Source: Candidatus Eiseniibacteriota bacterium (GTDB taxonomy: Bacteria > Eisenbacteria > RBG-16-71-46). Taken from it: 64,000 nucleotides of DNA. The notes below the pieces were generated by a model. That model made no database searches, was not told the origin of the DNA, and saw only the letters and a program-made list of their open reading frames with translations. Made by a program: the position numbers and the translations under genes. Shown here one piece after another: positions 51,136 through 64,000 of the stretch. The stretch lies in the NCBI GenBank assembly GCA_963725865.1, contig CAVSAC010000010.1, forward strand, positions 736,001-800,000, written 5' to 3'. Position 1 is the first letter of the stretch. Every line of letters begins with the position of its first letter.

Positions 51136-51484
51136 GATGGGCTCCTCTCGCGCGCTCGGCGGCGGTGAGCGCAGGGTGTTGGGTCCGGCCGCGGGCCGGC
51201 CCGAGCCGCATCATCGCAGACTCCGGCCGCGGACGCACGCGCGGGCGGTCGACCGCCCAAGCCGGTGCGCCGCAGGCCGGCACCCGGCCCGCGCCCGGCC
51301 TGCGCCGGCCCCGCTCCGCACGGTTCCCCGTGCAGGCTGCATGACTCGGCGCGCGGCGTCACCCGCCACGCGGGCCGCGAACGTTCACGCGCCGACGCGA
51401 GAATGCGCGGGCGCGCATGGGCACCCCGATTGCATGCTCCGACCGCGGCCGGCGCCGCGATCCCGCCGGCCAGGGAGCGCTGCC

Positions 51485-53462
51485 ATGACGACCCGCCCGC
51501 ATTCCGCCGCGAGATCCCTCGCGCGCCTCGCTCGACTCGCCGCGCCGCCGCTGCTCGCCGCGATCCCGCTCGTGCCCGCACTCCCCGCGCACGCCGCACC
51601 CGTCGAGGTGACCGTCAGCCCGGCGCTCGACCGCCACCCGGTCAGCCCGCTGATCTACGGCGTGAACTACGGCGACGCGACCGAGTTCTCCGATCTGCCG
51701 TACCCGGTGCGCCGCTGGGGCGGCAACTCCACCACGCGCTACTCGTGGCAGCTCGACACCCACAACACCGGCTCCGACTGGTTCTTCATGAACATCCCCT
51801 CGGGCATCGCGAACCCCGCGGCGCTTCCCGACGGCTCCGAGGCCGACCTGTTCATCGCCGAGACCCGCGGCGCCGGCGCGGAGGTGGTGCTCACCATCCC
51901 CACCATCGGCTGGACGCCGCGCGAGCGCTCGAAGCGCTGGGGCTTCTCGGTCGCCGAGTACGGCGCGCAGACCGCAGACCGAGTGCACCGCGACCGGCGG
52001 CGCGTTCTGGTGCATGGCCGACGCCGGCAACGGCACGCGCGCCTCGAACGGCCAGCCGATCACCGGCAACGACCCGCTCGACACCTCGGTGCCGGTGGGC
52101 CCCGACTTCGCGAGCGGCTGGATGAGCCACCTGACGTCGCGCTTCGGCACCGGCAACGGCGGCGGCGTGCGCTACCTGGCGCTCGACAACGAGCCCGCGC
52201 TCTGGAACAGCACGCATCGCGACGTGCACCCGAACCCGCTCACCTACGACGAGCTGTGGCAGCGCACGCTCGACTACGCGAGCGCGCTCAAGGCCAGCGA
52301 TCCGACCGCGCAGGTGATGGGCCCGGTGTCGTGGGGCTGGTGCGAGTACTTCCACTCGGCCGCCGACGGCTGCACCGCCGGCGCCGATCAGGCCGCGCAC
52401 GGCGGACTGGCGCTGACCGACTGGTACCTGAAGCAGGTGCACGACCACCAGATCGCGACCGGCGTGCGGCTGGTGGACCTGCTCGACATCCACTACTACC
52501 CGCAGGACGGCTCGGCGCTCAACGACAACGAGGACGCCACCACCTCGGCGCGCCGGCTGCGCGAGCTGAAGAGCCTCTACGACCCGGCGTACACCGACGA
52601 GTCGTGGATCGGCCAGCCGGTGCGACTGATCCCGCGCATGAAGGGACTGATCGCCAGCCGCTGCCCGGGCATGGGCCTCGCCATCACCGAGTACAACTTC
52701 GGCGGCGACACCGGCATCTCGAGCGCGCTCGCGCAGGCCGAGGCGCTGGCGATCTTCGGCCGCGAGGGCGTGGACCTCGCGACTCGCTGGGTGGCGCCCA
52801 CCCACGGCAGCCGCGTGCAGGACGCGTTCCGGCTCTACCTCGACTACGACCACGCAGGGGCACGGGTGCGCGGGCAGAGCGTGCGCGCCGTCAGCTCGGG
52901 CGTCGACCGGATCGGCGCGTACGCGCTCGACGACGCGCCCGCGGGGCGGCTGTACGTGCTGCTGTTCAACAAGAGCACCGTGAGCGAGACCGCGCACCTG
53001 AGCGTGGCCGACGGGCTCGGCAGCGGCATCGCGCTGCACCGCTTCACCGCCGCCGCCGCACTGGCGCCGGCCGGCAGCGCGAGCCTGAGCGGCGGCGCCG
53101 TGGATCTGGCGTTGCCCGCGCGCTCGGCGACACTGGCGGTGATCACGCGCCCGGCCGCCGACGTGCCGCTCGCGGTCGGGCCGCGCTCGCCGCTCCAGTT
53201 GCGCGGATACCCGAACCCGTTCCGCCCGTCGACCACGCTGACGTTCGCACTGCCGAGTGCAGGCCACGCGCGGCTCGTGATCACCGACGTCGCCGGCCGC
53301 CGCGTGCGCACGCTGGTGGACGCGGAGCTTTCTGCGGGCGCGCACGACATCCCGTGGGACGGCCGTGACGACGCCGGCCAGCCCGTGCCGCAGGGCATGT
53401 TCCTGTGCCGGCTCATAGCGCTCGGCCTCAGCGTGGCGCACTGGGTGGTGCGGGTGCGGTAG
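51485..53462 (+). CDS. Glycoside hydrolase family 44 (endoglucanase/xyloglucanase-like) with FlgD-Ig/T9SS-like CTD; +1 frameshift at about 51972
   Basis: SPLIYGVN, RWGGN.TTRY.W, LDNEP.LW..THRDVHP, DIHYYP, ITEYN; CTD YPNPF...WDGRDDAG. Confidence 0.88.
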
Positions 53463-53759
53463 AGGCGGGGCGCTCGGCGGCTTCGAACCCCCCGGCGCGA
53501 TCCCCGCACCGGCCCCCCCGGGCCATCGCACATCGCACTTTTCCCAACCGGCCTGACGCCGTTCTGCGCTATCCTGTCCGCCGTCACGTCGCAGGACCTG
53601 CCCCCCACGGCGATCAGCGGCATCCTCTTGCTGCGCAACCTGGCTCCCGCCTTGGGGCTGCTCCGGCGACGGACTCGGCAGACCACGCCATCACTGCCGG
53701 GAGACCCGTGGCCCGTGAGCCCCGACTTGCCGGACGGATCTAGCAAGGAGGAGCGCACG

Positions 53760-55266
<1,507 letters not shown>

Positions 55267-55282
55267 GCACGCGAGGAGAACC

Positions 55283-56160
55283 ATGCCCCGGAAGGTGGTC
55301 GGTGGTCTGATCCAGTGCAGCAACCCGGTCAACGACGAGTCGCAGCCGGTCGAGAAGATCCAGCAGGCCGCACTCGACGAAGCACCTGACGATGGTCGAC
55401 GAGGCGGGCCAGCGCGGCGTGCAGATCCTCTGCCTGCAGGAGATCTTCAACGGCCCGTACTTCTGCCCCGGCCAGGACGCGCGCTGGTACGCCGCGGCCG
55501 AGGCAGTGCCCGGCCCCACCACCGAGGCGGTGGCGGCGGCGGCGAAGCGCCACCAGATGGCGGTGATCGTGCCCGTCTACGAGCGCGAGCAAGGCGGGGG
55601 TGTACTACAACACCGCCGCGGTCTACGACGCCGACGGCAGCTATCTCGGCAAGTACCGCAAGAACCACATCCCGCACACCTCGGGGTTCTGGGAGAAGTA
55701 CTTCTTCAAGCCCGGCAACCTCGGCTACCCGGTGTTCCAGACCCGCTACGCCAAGGTCGGCGTGTACATCTGCTACGACCGCCACTTCCCCGAGGGCGCG
55801 CGCCTGCTGGGGCTCAACGGCGCCGAGATCGTGTTCAACCCGAGCGCCACGGTGGCCGGGCTCTCGCAGTACCTGTGGAAGCTCGAGCAGCCGGCCCACG
55901 CGGTCGCGAACGGCTACTTCATGGGCTGCATCAACCGGGTCGGCACCGAGGCGCCGTGGAACATCGGCAAGTTCTACGGCAGCTCCTACTTCGTGGACCC
56001 GCGCGGCAACTTCCTCGCGACCGGCAGCGAGGACCAGGACGAGGTGGTGGTGGCCGAGATGGACCTCGACATGATCGAGGACGTGCGCCGCGTCTGGCAG
56101 TTCTACCGCGACCGGCGCCCGGAGACGTACCAGCCGCTGGCGGAGCTGGAGTCGTCGTAG
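55283..56160 (+). CDS. Nitrilase-family beta-ureidopropionase (N-carbamoyl-beta-alanine amidohydrolase); two +1 frameshifts
   Basis: QEIF.GPYFC, YRKNHIP, FWEK..F.PGN, ICYDRHFPE, FYRDRRP; shifts near 55379 and 55592; pyrimidine operon context. Confidence 0.85.
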
Positions 56161-56207
56161 GCCGCGGCCCGCGCACGCCGCGGGCCGGACACCTGGAGAG
56201 AGACTCG

Positions 56208-57654
56208 ATGGGCATCCTGATCAAGCACGGCACGGTCGTCACCGCCAGCGAGCGCATGCGTCGCCGACGTGTACTGCGACGGCGGCAAGGTGGCGGCGAT
56301 CGGGCAGGACCTCGAGAAGCGCGCCGCCGACCGACGAGGTGATCGACGCGGCCGGGCAGTTCGTGCTGCCGGGCGCGGTCGATCCGCACGTGCACCTGGC
56401 GCTGCCGTTCATGGGCACCGTGTCCGCCGACGACTACGAGTCGGGCACCGCCTGCGCGGTGGCCGGCGGCACCACGACGCTGATCGATTTCGTGATCCCG
56501 GCCCGCGGCCAGTCGCTGCTCGAGGGGCTCGCCGAGTGGGAGGCCAAGTCGGGCGGCGCGGTCGCCGACTACACCTACCACATGGCGATCACCGGCTGGA
56601 CCGACCGCACGGCCGAGGAGATGCGGATCGTCGTCCAGGAGAAGGGAATCACGTCGTTCAAGGTGTTCATGGCCTACAAGGGCGCCATCATGGTCGACGA
56701 TGGAGAGCTCTATCAGGTCATGAAGCACGCCGCGCAGCTCGGCGCGGTGGTCACCGTCCACGCCGAGAACGGCGACGCGGTGGCCGCGCTCCAGCGCGAG
56801 CTGCTGGCGGCCGGGCGCACCGCCCCGCGCGAGCACGGCGCGTCGCGGCCGAGCGCGGTCGAGGGCGAGGCCACCGGGCGCGCGCTGATGATGGCGCGGC
56901 TGCACGGCACCACCGCCTACATCGTGCACATGACCTGCCGCGAGTCGGTGCTGGCGCTGGCGCGCGCGAAGGCCGAGGGCCAGCGCTGCTACGGCGAGAC
57001 CTGCCCGCAGTACCTGCTGCTCGACGACTCGGTGTACGACAAGCCCGACTTCGAGGGCGCGGCGTACGTGATGTCGCCGCCGATCCGCCCGCGCGCGGGC
57101 GGGCACCAGGACGCGCTGTGGGCGCACCTGCAGGCCGGGCTGCTCGACACGCGTCGGCACCGACCACTGCTCCGTTCACGATGGCGCAGAAGCGCGCCGG
57201 GATCGCGGACTTCACCAAGATCCCGAACGGCGGCACCGGCGTCGAGGAGCGGCTGGCGTTGCTCTACACCTACGGCGTGTGCGAAGGGCGCATCACGCTC
57301 GAGCACATGGTCGACCTGCTGTGCACGCGCCCCGCGCGCATCTTCGGGCTCTACCCGCGCAAGGGCTCGGTGGCGATCGGCGGCGACGCCGACCTGGTGG
57401 TGTGGGATCCGACCGCGACCCGCACCATCTCGGCGCGCACGCACCACTCGAAGAGCGACCGCAACATCTTCGAGGGCTTCTCCGTGAAGGGGCGGCCCCG
57501 CTACGTGATCGTGAACGGCACGGTGCGCGTGCGCGACGGCGAGCTGCGCGTGGAGCGCGGCGCCGGCCGGTTCGTGCGGCGCGAGACCAGTATCGCGGCG
57601 GCCCGGGCGGATGCCGGGGCCGGCCTGGCAGGGGCACGGGCGCAGGCCCGATAG
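56208..57654 (+). CDS. hydA: Dihydropyrimidinase; four +1 frameshifts
   Basis: DPHVH, GGTTT, SFKVFMAYK, HAENG, GTDHC-PF, IPNG; shifts near 56259, 56331, 57152 and 57171. Confidence 0.88.
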
Positions 57655-57662
57655 GGGGAACG

Positions 57663-59000
57663 ATGGATCCGCAGACCACGCCCGAGGCGCGCGCGACGAA
57701 CTCGTCCGCCGAGGTGCGACGCAAGCACAAGGAGTTCCTGTTCCCGTCGGTGACGAACTACTACGAGGAGCCGATCGTCCTCACCGAGGGCAAGGGGATG
57801 CGGGTGAAGGACCTCGACGGGAAGTCGTACCTCGACTTCTTCGGCGGCATCCTGACCGTCTCGGTCGGCCACGCGAACGACCGCGTGAACGCCGCGGTCA
57901 AGGCCCAGCTCGACCGTCTCGGCCACGTCTCGACGCTCTACCCCACGCTGCCGATCGTGGAGCTGGCCGAGAAGCTCGCCTCCATCACGCCCGGCAAGCT
58001 CAAGAAGTGCTACTTCACCGCCACCGGCACCGAGGCCGACGAGACCGCGGTGATGATGGCGCAGGTGTTCACCGGCCGCTCCGAGATCGTCGCGCTGCGC
58101 CACGGCTACTCGGGCCGCTCGATGCTGGCGCAGTCGCTCACCGCGCACGCGCCGTGGCGCGCGCTGCCGACCCAGATCGCCGGCATCAAGCACGGGCTCT
58201 CGCCGTACTGCTACCGCTGCCCGCTCGGGCTCACGTACCCGAGCTGCGGCGTGAAGTGCGCGAAGGACCTCGAGGAGCTGATCCGCACCACCACGACGGG
58301 CCAGATCGCCGGGTTCCTCGCCGAGCCGATCCAGGGCGTCGGCGGCTTCGTCACGCCGCCGAAGGAGTACTTCCAGATCGCGGTCGAGATCGTGCGCAAG
58401 TACGGCGGCGTGTTCATCTGCGACGAGGTGCAGACCGGCTTCGGGCGCACCGGCGAGAAGTGGTGGGGCATCGAGCACTGGGGCGTCGAGCCCGACATCA
58501 TGACGATGGCCAAGGGGATCGCGAACGGCATGCCGCTGTCGGCCTGCGTCACCACCGCGCCGATCGCGGACTCGTTCAAGGCGCTCACGATCTCGACGTT
58601 CGGCGGCAATCCGATCTCGGCCACCGCGGGACGCGCCACCATCGAGGTGATCGAGTCCGAGAAGCTGCGCGAGAACGCGGCCACCCAGGGCAAGCGACTG
58701 CGCGAGGGGCTCGAGAAGCTGAAGAGCCGCTACCCGCGCGTGATCGGTGACGTGCGCGGCATGGGGCTGATGCAGGGCGTGGAGTTCGTGAAGGACGAGA
58801 CCGCGCAGGACCGCACCCCGAACCCGCAGGTGCTCGCGAAGCTGTTCGAGGAGACCAAGAAGCGCGGGCTCCTGATCGGCAAGGGCGGCCTCTACGGCAA
58901 CGTCGCGCGCATCTCGCCCGCGCTCATCGTGAGCGCCGCCGAGGTGGACGAGGCGCTGCGGGTCCTCGAGGAGAGCATGGCCGCCCTGGGGGCGGCATGA
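57663..59000 (+). CDS. Class III aminotransferase (AGXT2-like, probable beta-alanine aminotransferase)
   Basis: YLDFFGGI, AEPIQGVGG, DEVQTGFGRTG, MAKGIANG; pyrimidine operon context. Confidence 0.88.
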   Translation: MDPQTTPEARATNSSAEVRRKHKEFLFPSVTNYYEEPIVLTEGKGMRVKDLDGKSYLDFFGGILTVSVGHANDRVNAAVKAQLDRLGHVSTLYPTLPIVELAEKLASITPGKLKKCYFTATGTEADETAVMMAQVFTGRSEIVALRHGYSGRSMLAQSLTAHAPWRALPTQIAGIKHGLSPYCYRCPLGLTYPSCGVKCAKDLEELIRTTTTGQIAGFLAEPIQGVGGFVTPPKEYFQIAVEIVRKYGGVFICDEVQTGFGRTGEKWWGIEHWGVEPDIMTMAKGIANGMPLSACVTTAPIADSFKALTISTFGGNPISATAGRATIEVIESEKLRENAATQGKRLREGLEKLKSRYPRVIGDVRGMGLMQGVEFVKDETAQDRTPNPQVLAKLFEETKKRGLLIGKGGLYGNVARISPALIVSAAEVDEALRVLEESMAALGAA

Positions 59001-60328
59001 GCGGGGCGGCCGACGCCGGCGCCACCCGGCTCGAGCGTCAGCTCCCCGATCACCGTCCGGTCCTGACCGACGCGCAGGCGCTGGTCGAGTCCAATCGCTG
59101 CCTGTTCTGCCATGACGCGCCGTGCGTCGAGGCGTGTCCGACCGGGATCGACATCCCGGGCTTCATCCGCCGCATCGCGACCGGCAACGTGCGCGGCGCG
59201 GCGCGCACCATCCTGAGCGCGAACCTGCTCGGCTACTCGTGCGCGCGCGTGTGCCCGGTCGAGGTGCTGTGCGTGGGCGCCTGCGTGCACCAGCACGCCG
59301 GCAACGAGACCATCCAGATCGGCCGCCTCCAGCGCTTCGCGGTGGAGTCGGTGCTGAGCCCCGCGCTGGCGGCCACGCTGCTGCGGCGCAAGCCCGCGAA
59401 CGGCCGCAGCGTCGCGTGCATCGGGGCCGGGCCGGCGTCGCTCGCGTGCGCCGGCTACCTGGCGCTCGAGGGCCTCGAGTGCACGGTGTTCGAGAAGCGC
59501 GCGCTGCCGGGTGGCCTCAACACCACCGGCGTGGCGCCCTACAAGATGTACGTCGAGGACTCGCTCGCCGAGGTGGAGTTCATCCGCGCGCTCGGCGTCG
59601 ACATCCGCACCGGCGTCGAGGTCGGCCGCGACGTGCCGGCCGCGCGGCTGCTCGAGGAGCACGCGGCGGTGTTCATCGGGGTCGGGCTCGGGCCGGACTC
59701 GCGGCTCGGCCTGCCGGGCGAGCAGGGCCCCGGCGTGGCGGGCGCCACGGCCTGGATCGAGCGCCTGAAGGTGGAGCCGGGCTTCTCGCTCGACGGCATC
59801 GCCCAGGCGGTGGTGATCGGCGGCGGCAACACCGCGATCGATGCCGCGCGCGAGCTGCGTCACCTGGGCGTCCAGCAGGTCACGCTCGCCTATCGCCGCA
59901 CCGAGGCCGACATGTCGGGCTACGCGCACGAGCTGGCGCAGGCGCGCGCGGAGGGCGTGCTGCTGATGGAGCGCGCGGTCCCGCAGGAGTTCACGCGCGC
60001 CGCCGATGGCGCGCTGAGCGGCGTGCGCTTCGCCGACGGCCGCTCGCTCGCCTGCCAGCTGGCGCTGGTGGCGATCGGGCAGTCGCCGCTGCCGGAGCTG
60101 CTGAAGGCGTTCCCCGGCGTGGCGCTGGAGGGCAAGGGCCGCATCGTGGTCGACGCGGCCACCGGCCGCACCGGGAACCCGCGCGTGTACGCCGGCGGCG
60201 ACGCGATCAGCGGCGGCGAGCTGGTCGTGACCGCGGCCCAGCAGGGCAAGCGCGCCGCGCGCGCGATCTGCGCGCAGCTCGGCATCCCACTCGAGAAGGG
60301 CGCGCCGGCGCTGGCCGGGCATCCCTAG
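58997..60328 (+). CDS. preT: Dihydropyrimidine dehydrogenase subunit PreT (GltD-like)
   Basis: RCLFC.DAPC...CP, CARVCP...C...C, GAGPA, GGGNTAID; ATGA overlap. Confidence 0.9.
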   Translation: MSGAADAGATRLERQLPDHRPVLTDAQALVESNRCLFCHDAPCVEACPTGIDIPGFIRRIATGNVRGAARTILSANLLGYSCARVCPVEVLCVGACVHQHAGNETIQIGRLQRFAVESVLSPALAATLLRRKPANGRSVACIGAGPASLACAGYLALEGLECTVFEKRALPGGLNTTGVAPYKMYVEDSLAEVEFIRALGVDIRTGVEVGRDVPAARLLEEHAAVFIGVGLGPDSRLGLPGEQGPGVAGATAWIERLKVEPGFSLDGIAQAVVIGGGNTAIDAARELRHLGVQQVTLAYRRTEADMSGYAHELAQARAEGVLLMERAVPQEFTRAADGALSGVRFADGRSLACQLALVAIGQSPLPELLKAFPGVALEGKGRIVVDAATGRTGNPRVYAGGDAISGGELVVTAAQQGKRAARAICAQLGIPLEKGAPALAGHP

Positions 60329-60350
60329 ACCCCAGCCCGAGGAATCCACG

Positions 60351-61685
60351 ATGGCCGATCTCTCGATCGATCTCGCCGGCATCCGCAGTCCCAACCCGTT
60401 CTGGCTCGCCTCGGCGCCGCCCACCAACACCGGCGACCAGATCATGCGCGCGTTCGACCTCGGCTGGGGCGGCGCGGTGTGGAAGACGCTCGGCGACCCG
60501 ATCGTCGACACCTCGAGCCGCTTTGGCGCGATCGACGTCGGCGGCGCGCGCATGGCGGGGTTCAACAACATCGAGCTGATCACCGACCGGCCGCTCGAGA
60601 CGAACCTGCGCGAGATCCGCGAAGTGAAGCGCCGCTACCCCGACCGCGCGGTGGTGGTGTCGCTGATGGTGGAGAGCCGCGAGGACTGGCGCGAGATCAT
60701 CCGCCGCGTCGAGGACACCGGCTGCGACGGCCTCGAGCTCAACTTCGGCTGCCCGCACGGCATGTGCGAGCGCGGCATGGGCTCGGCGGTGGGCGCGGAG
60801 CCCGACGTGCTCACCACGGTGGCGGGCTGGGCGGTCGAGGACGCCACGCTGCCGGTGCTGGTGAAGCTGACGCCCAACGTGGGCGACATCCTGGAGCCGG
60901 GGCTGGCGGCGGTGAAGGCCGGCGTGCACGGCCTGTCGCTCATCAACACCATCAAGAGCCTCACCGGGGTCGACCTCGACCGCATGGTCCCCTACCCGGT
61001 GGTCGGCAATCGCTCCACCAACGGCGGCTATTGCGGGCCGGCGGTCAAGCCGATCGCGCTCCACATGGTGGCGGCACTCGCCCGCGATCCGCGCATCACG
61101 GTGCCGATCTCGGGCATCGGCGGGATCGCGAACTGGCGCGACGCCGCCGAGTTCATCGCGCTCGGCGCCACCTCGGTGCAGGTGTGCACCGCCGCGATGC
61201 ACTACGGCTTCCGCATCGTCCAGGACATGATCGAGGGCCTCAGCGACTTCCTCGACTCCAAGGGCATGAAGTCGGTGAACGACCTCCGCGGCCGGGCGCT
61301 GCCGGCGTTCGTGGAGTGGGGCGACCTCGACCTGAACTACAAGGTGATCGCCCACGTCGATCCCGAGCGCTGCATCGGCTGCGAGCTGTGCCTGGTGGCG
61401 TGCCGCGACACCTCGGTGAACTGCATCCACCCCGCGGACGCGCCGCTCGCCGCCGGCCACCACGCCCCCACCCGCGCCGCGGCGGGCGAAGCCGCGCGCG
61501 CGAAGCACACCCACGTGGTGTGGGTGGACGAGACCGAGTGCATCGGCTGCAACCTGTGCTCCCACGTCTGCCCGGTGCACGGCTGCATCACGATGAAGGA
61601 CGTCACCGGGGACGCACCGTTCGAGTCCTGGAACGACCGGATCGCCAAGGGAACCGCGCACGTCCCCGGCGGCCTGCACGGATGA
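60351..61685 (+). CDS. preA: Dihydropyrimidine dehydrogenase subunit PreA
   Basis: NPFWLASAPPT, NNIELI, ELNFGCPHGM, KLTPN, two C-terminal 4Fe-4S motifs. Confidence 0.95.
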   Translation: MADLSIDLAGIRSPNPFWLASAPPTNTGDQIMRAFDLGWGGAVWKTLGDPIVDTSSRFGAIDVGGARMAGFNNIELITDRPLETNLREIREVKRRYPDRAVVVSLMVESREDWREIIRRVEDTGCDGLELNFGCPHGMCERGMGSAVGAEPDVLTTVAGWAVEDATLPVLVKLTPNVGDILEPGLAAVKAGVHGLSLINTIKSLTGVDLDRMVPYPVVGNRSTNGGYCGPAVKPIALHMVAALARDPRITVPISGIGGIANWRDAAEFIALGATSVQVCTAAMHYGFRIVQDMIEGLSDFLDSKGMKSVNDLRGRALPAFVEWGDLDLNYKVIAHVDPERCIGCELCLVACRDTSVNCIHPADAPLAAGHHAPTRAAAGEAARAKHTHVVWVDETECIGCNLCSHVCPVHGCITMKDVTGDAPFESWNDRIAKGTAHVPGGLHG

Positions 61686-61775
61686 GCGGATGGTGATTGC
61701 GCCACGGGACGGCCGCGCCGCGCGCGCGGCGGTCGCGGTCCTCCTCATGGCTGCCTGCCTCCGTCCCCCGATCGC

Positions 61776-63038
61776 GTGACGCCGGACCTCGCGCCCGCGC
61801 CGCGCCCCGTCGCGGCCCCTCCCACGCCCGCCCTCGAGCCGCCCGGCCGCTGGCGCGCGCTGGTGTGGCTGGCGCTCGCCGCGCTGCTCGGCATGAGCAC
61901 GTGGTTCTCGGGCACCGCGGTGGTGGGGACGCTGCGCCAGACCTGGCACCTGTCGCCGGGCGCGGCGGCGTGGCTCACGATCGCCGTCCAGATCGGCTTC
62001 GTCGCCGGCTCGCTGCTGTCGGCGGCGGCCAACCTGCTGGACCTGCTGCCGCCCCGGCGCGTCCTGATCGCCTCGTGCGTCGCGGCCGCGCTCGTCAACG
62101 CCGGGTTCGCGCTGGTGCGCACGCCGGCGCACGCGTTCGCGCTGCGCTTCGTCGCCGGCGCATGCCTGGCGGGCGTCTATCCCACCGCACTCAAGCTGAT
62201 GGCGACCTGGTTCCGGCGCGACCGCGGCACCGCGCTCGGCGTGATGGTGGGGGCACTCGCCGTGGGCTCGGCGTCCCCGCACCTGGCGACCGCGATCGGC
62301 GGGCTCGACTGGCGCGCGGCGGTGTTCAGCAGCTCGCTCACCACCGCGCTCGGCGCGCTGATCGCGTGGCGCTGGGTCCACGAGGGCCCGTTCCCGTTCC
62401 CGCGCGCGCGGTTCGACCCCTCGCAGGCCGGACAGGTGCTGCGCGAGCCGGCGCTGCGGCTGGCGTGCTTCGGCTACTTCGGCCACATGTGGGAGCTGTA
62501 CGCGATGTGGGGCTGGTTCGGCGTCTACCTCGCCGACCGCTTCACGCGCGCGGGGATCGCGGTGCAGCCGTGGGCGCCGCTGGGCGCGTTCGCCGCGATC
62601 GCGGCCGGCATGGCGGGTTCGTGGTGGCTGGGTGCACTCGCCGACCGCTGGGGTCGCACGCGCGCGGCCGCGCTCGCGATGGCGGTGTCGAGCGTGTGCG
62701 CGGTCGCCGCCGGGTTCGCGTTCGGCGCGCCCCCCTGGGTGGCGGTGGCGCTGGGGCTGGTGTGGGGAGCGTCGGCGCTCGCCGACTCGGCGCAGTTCTC
62801 GGCGATGGTGACCGAGCTGTCCGACCCGGCCTACGTGGGCACCGCGCTTACCGTGCAGCTCGCGATCGGATTCTCGCTCACCACCGCCACGCTGTGGCTG
62901 ATCCCGCTGCTGCGCGACGCGTGGTCGTGGCACTGGGCGTTCGCGATCCTGGCGCCGGGGCCGCTGATCGGCATCCTCGCGATGGCGCGGCTGGCGCGCC
63001 GGCCGGAGGCGGTGCGACTCGCCGGCGGCCGCGGATGA
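61776..63038 (+). CDS. MFS transporter
   Basis: About 12 TM helices; GVYP..LK, HMWELYAMW, G.LADRWGR, DSAQFS. Confidence 0.88.
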   Translation: MTPDLAPAPRPVAAPPTPALEPPGRWRALVWLALAALLGMSTWFSGTAVVGTLRQTWHLSPGAAAWLTIAVQIGFVAGSLLSAAANLLDLLPPRRVLIASCVAAALVNAGFALVRTPAHAFALRFVAGACLAGVYPTALKLMATWFRRDRGTALGVMVGALAVGSASPHLATAIGGLDWRAAVFSSSLTTALGALIAWRWVHEGPFPFPRARFDPSQAGQVLREPALRLACFGYFGHMWELYAMWGWFGVYLADRFTRAGIAVQPWAPLGAFAAIAAGMAGSWWLGALADRWGRTRAAALAMAVSSVCAVAAGFAFGAPPWVAVALGLVWGASALADSAQFSAMVTELSDPAYVGTALTVQLAIGFSLTTATLWLIPLLRDAWSWHWAFAILAPGPLIGILAMARLARRPEAVRLAGGRG

Positions 63039-63135
63039 GCCACGCGATCCTACTTTCCCGCAGACAGCCGCCCGGCGGCTCCGGTAGCTTGCCGCCCATG
63101 CCGAACCCGCAGTGGACTCCTGGCCCGGAGGCACG

Positions 63136-64000
<865 letters not shown>

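Overview
Very GC-rich bacterial chromosomal window with no rRNA, tRNA, CRISPR array or mobile element. The gene content suggests a diderm FCB-superphylum organism such as Ca. Eisenbacteria (inference): there are many secreted proteins ending in a FlgD-Ig/T9SS-like C-terminal domain (CTD). Left to right: (i) a minus-strand redox operon encoding a likely secreted selenoprotein (thioredoxin fold, U-P-E-C, in-frame TGA at 1942-1940 followed by a SECIS-like hairpin, split in two by the ORF track), a TlpA and a DUF6029-like outer-membrane protein; (ii) two paralogous 14-repeat beta-propeller proteins with CTDs; (iii) an ExeA-like ATPase-SPOR protein and a type III PKS/methyltransferase pair; (iv) a secreted-protein operon with a tailspike-like fibre carrying a peptidase-G2-like autocleaving chaperone and an M4 protease; (v) two trans-envelope signalling modules, each coupling an ECF sigma factor to an exported TPR-CHAT (caspase-like) protease, one via a Ser/Thr kinase-DUF4384 protein and one via a zinc anti-sigma. 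The second module shows a duplicated promoter motif (TGTGAT-N15-GCCTC) before the sigma gene and before a divergent OMP-lipoprotein operon; (vi) a 13-haem cytochrome c plus beta-barrel pair; (vii) housekeeping and catabolic genes (ppk2, glnS, speA, peptidases, OPT, GH44); (viii) a complete extended reductive pyrimidine degradation operon. At least 13 frameshifts occur, all of the +1 type and 10 of them within 53.9-57.2 kb, which most likely reflects long-read sequencing insertions rather than real pseudogenes.
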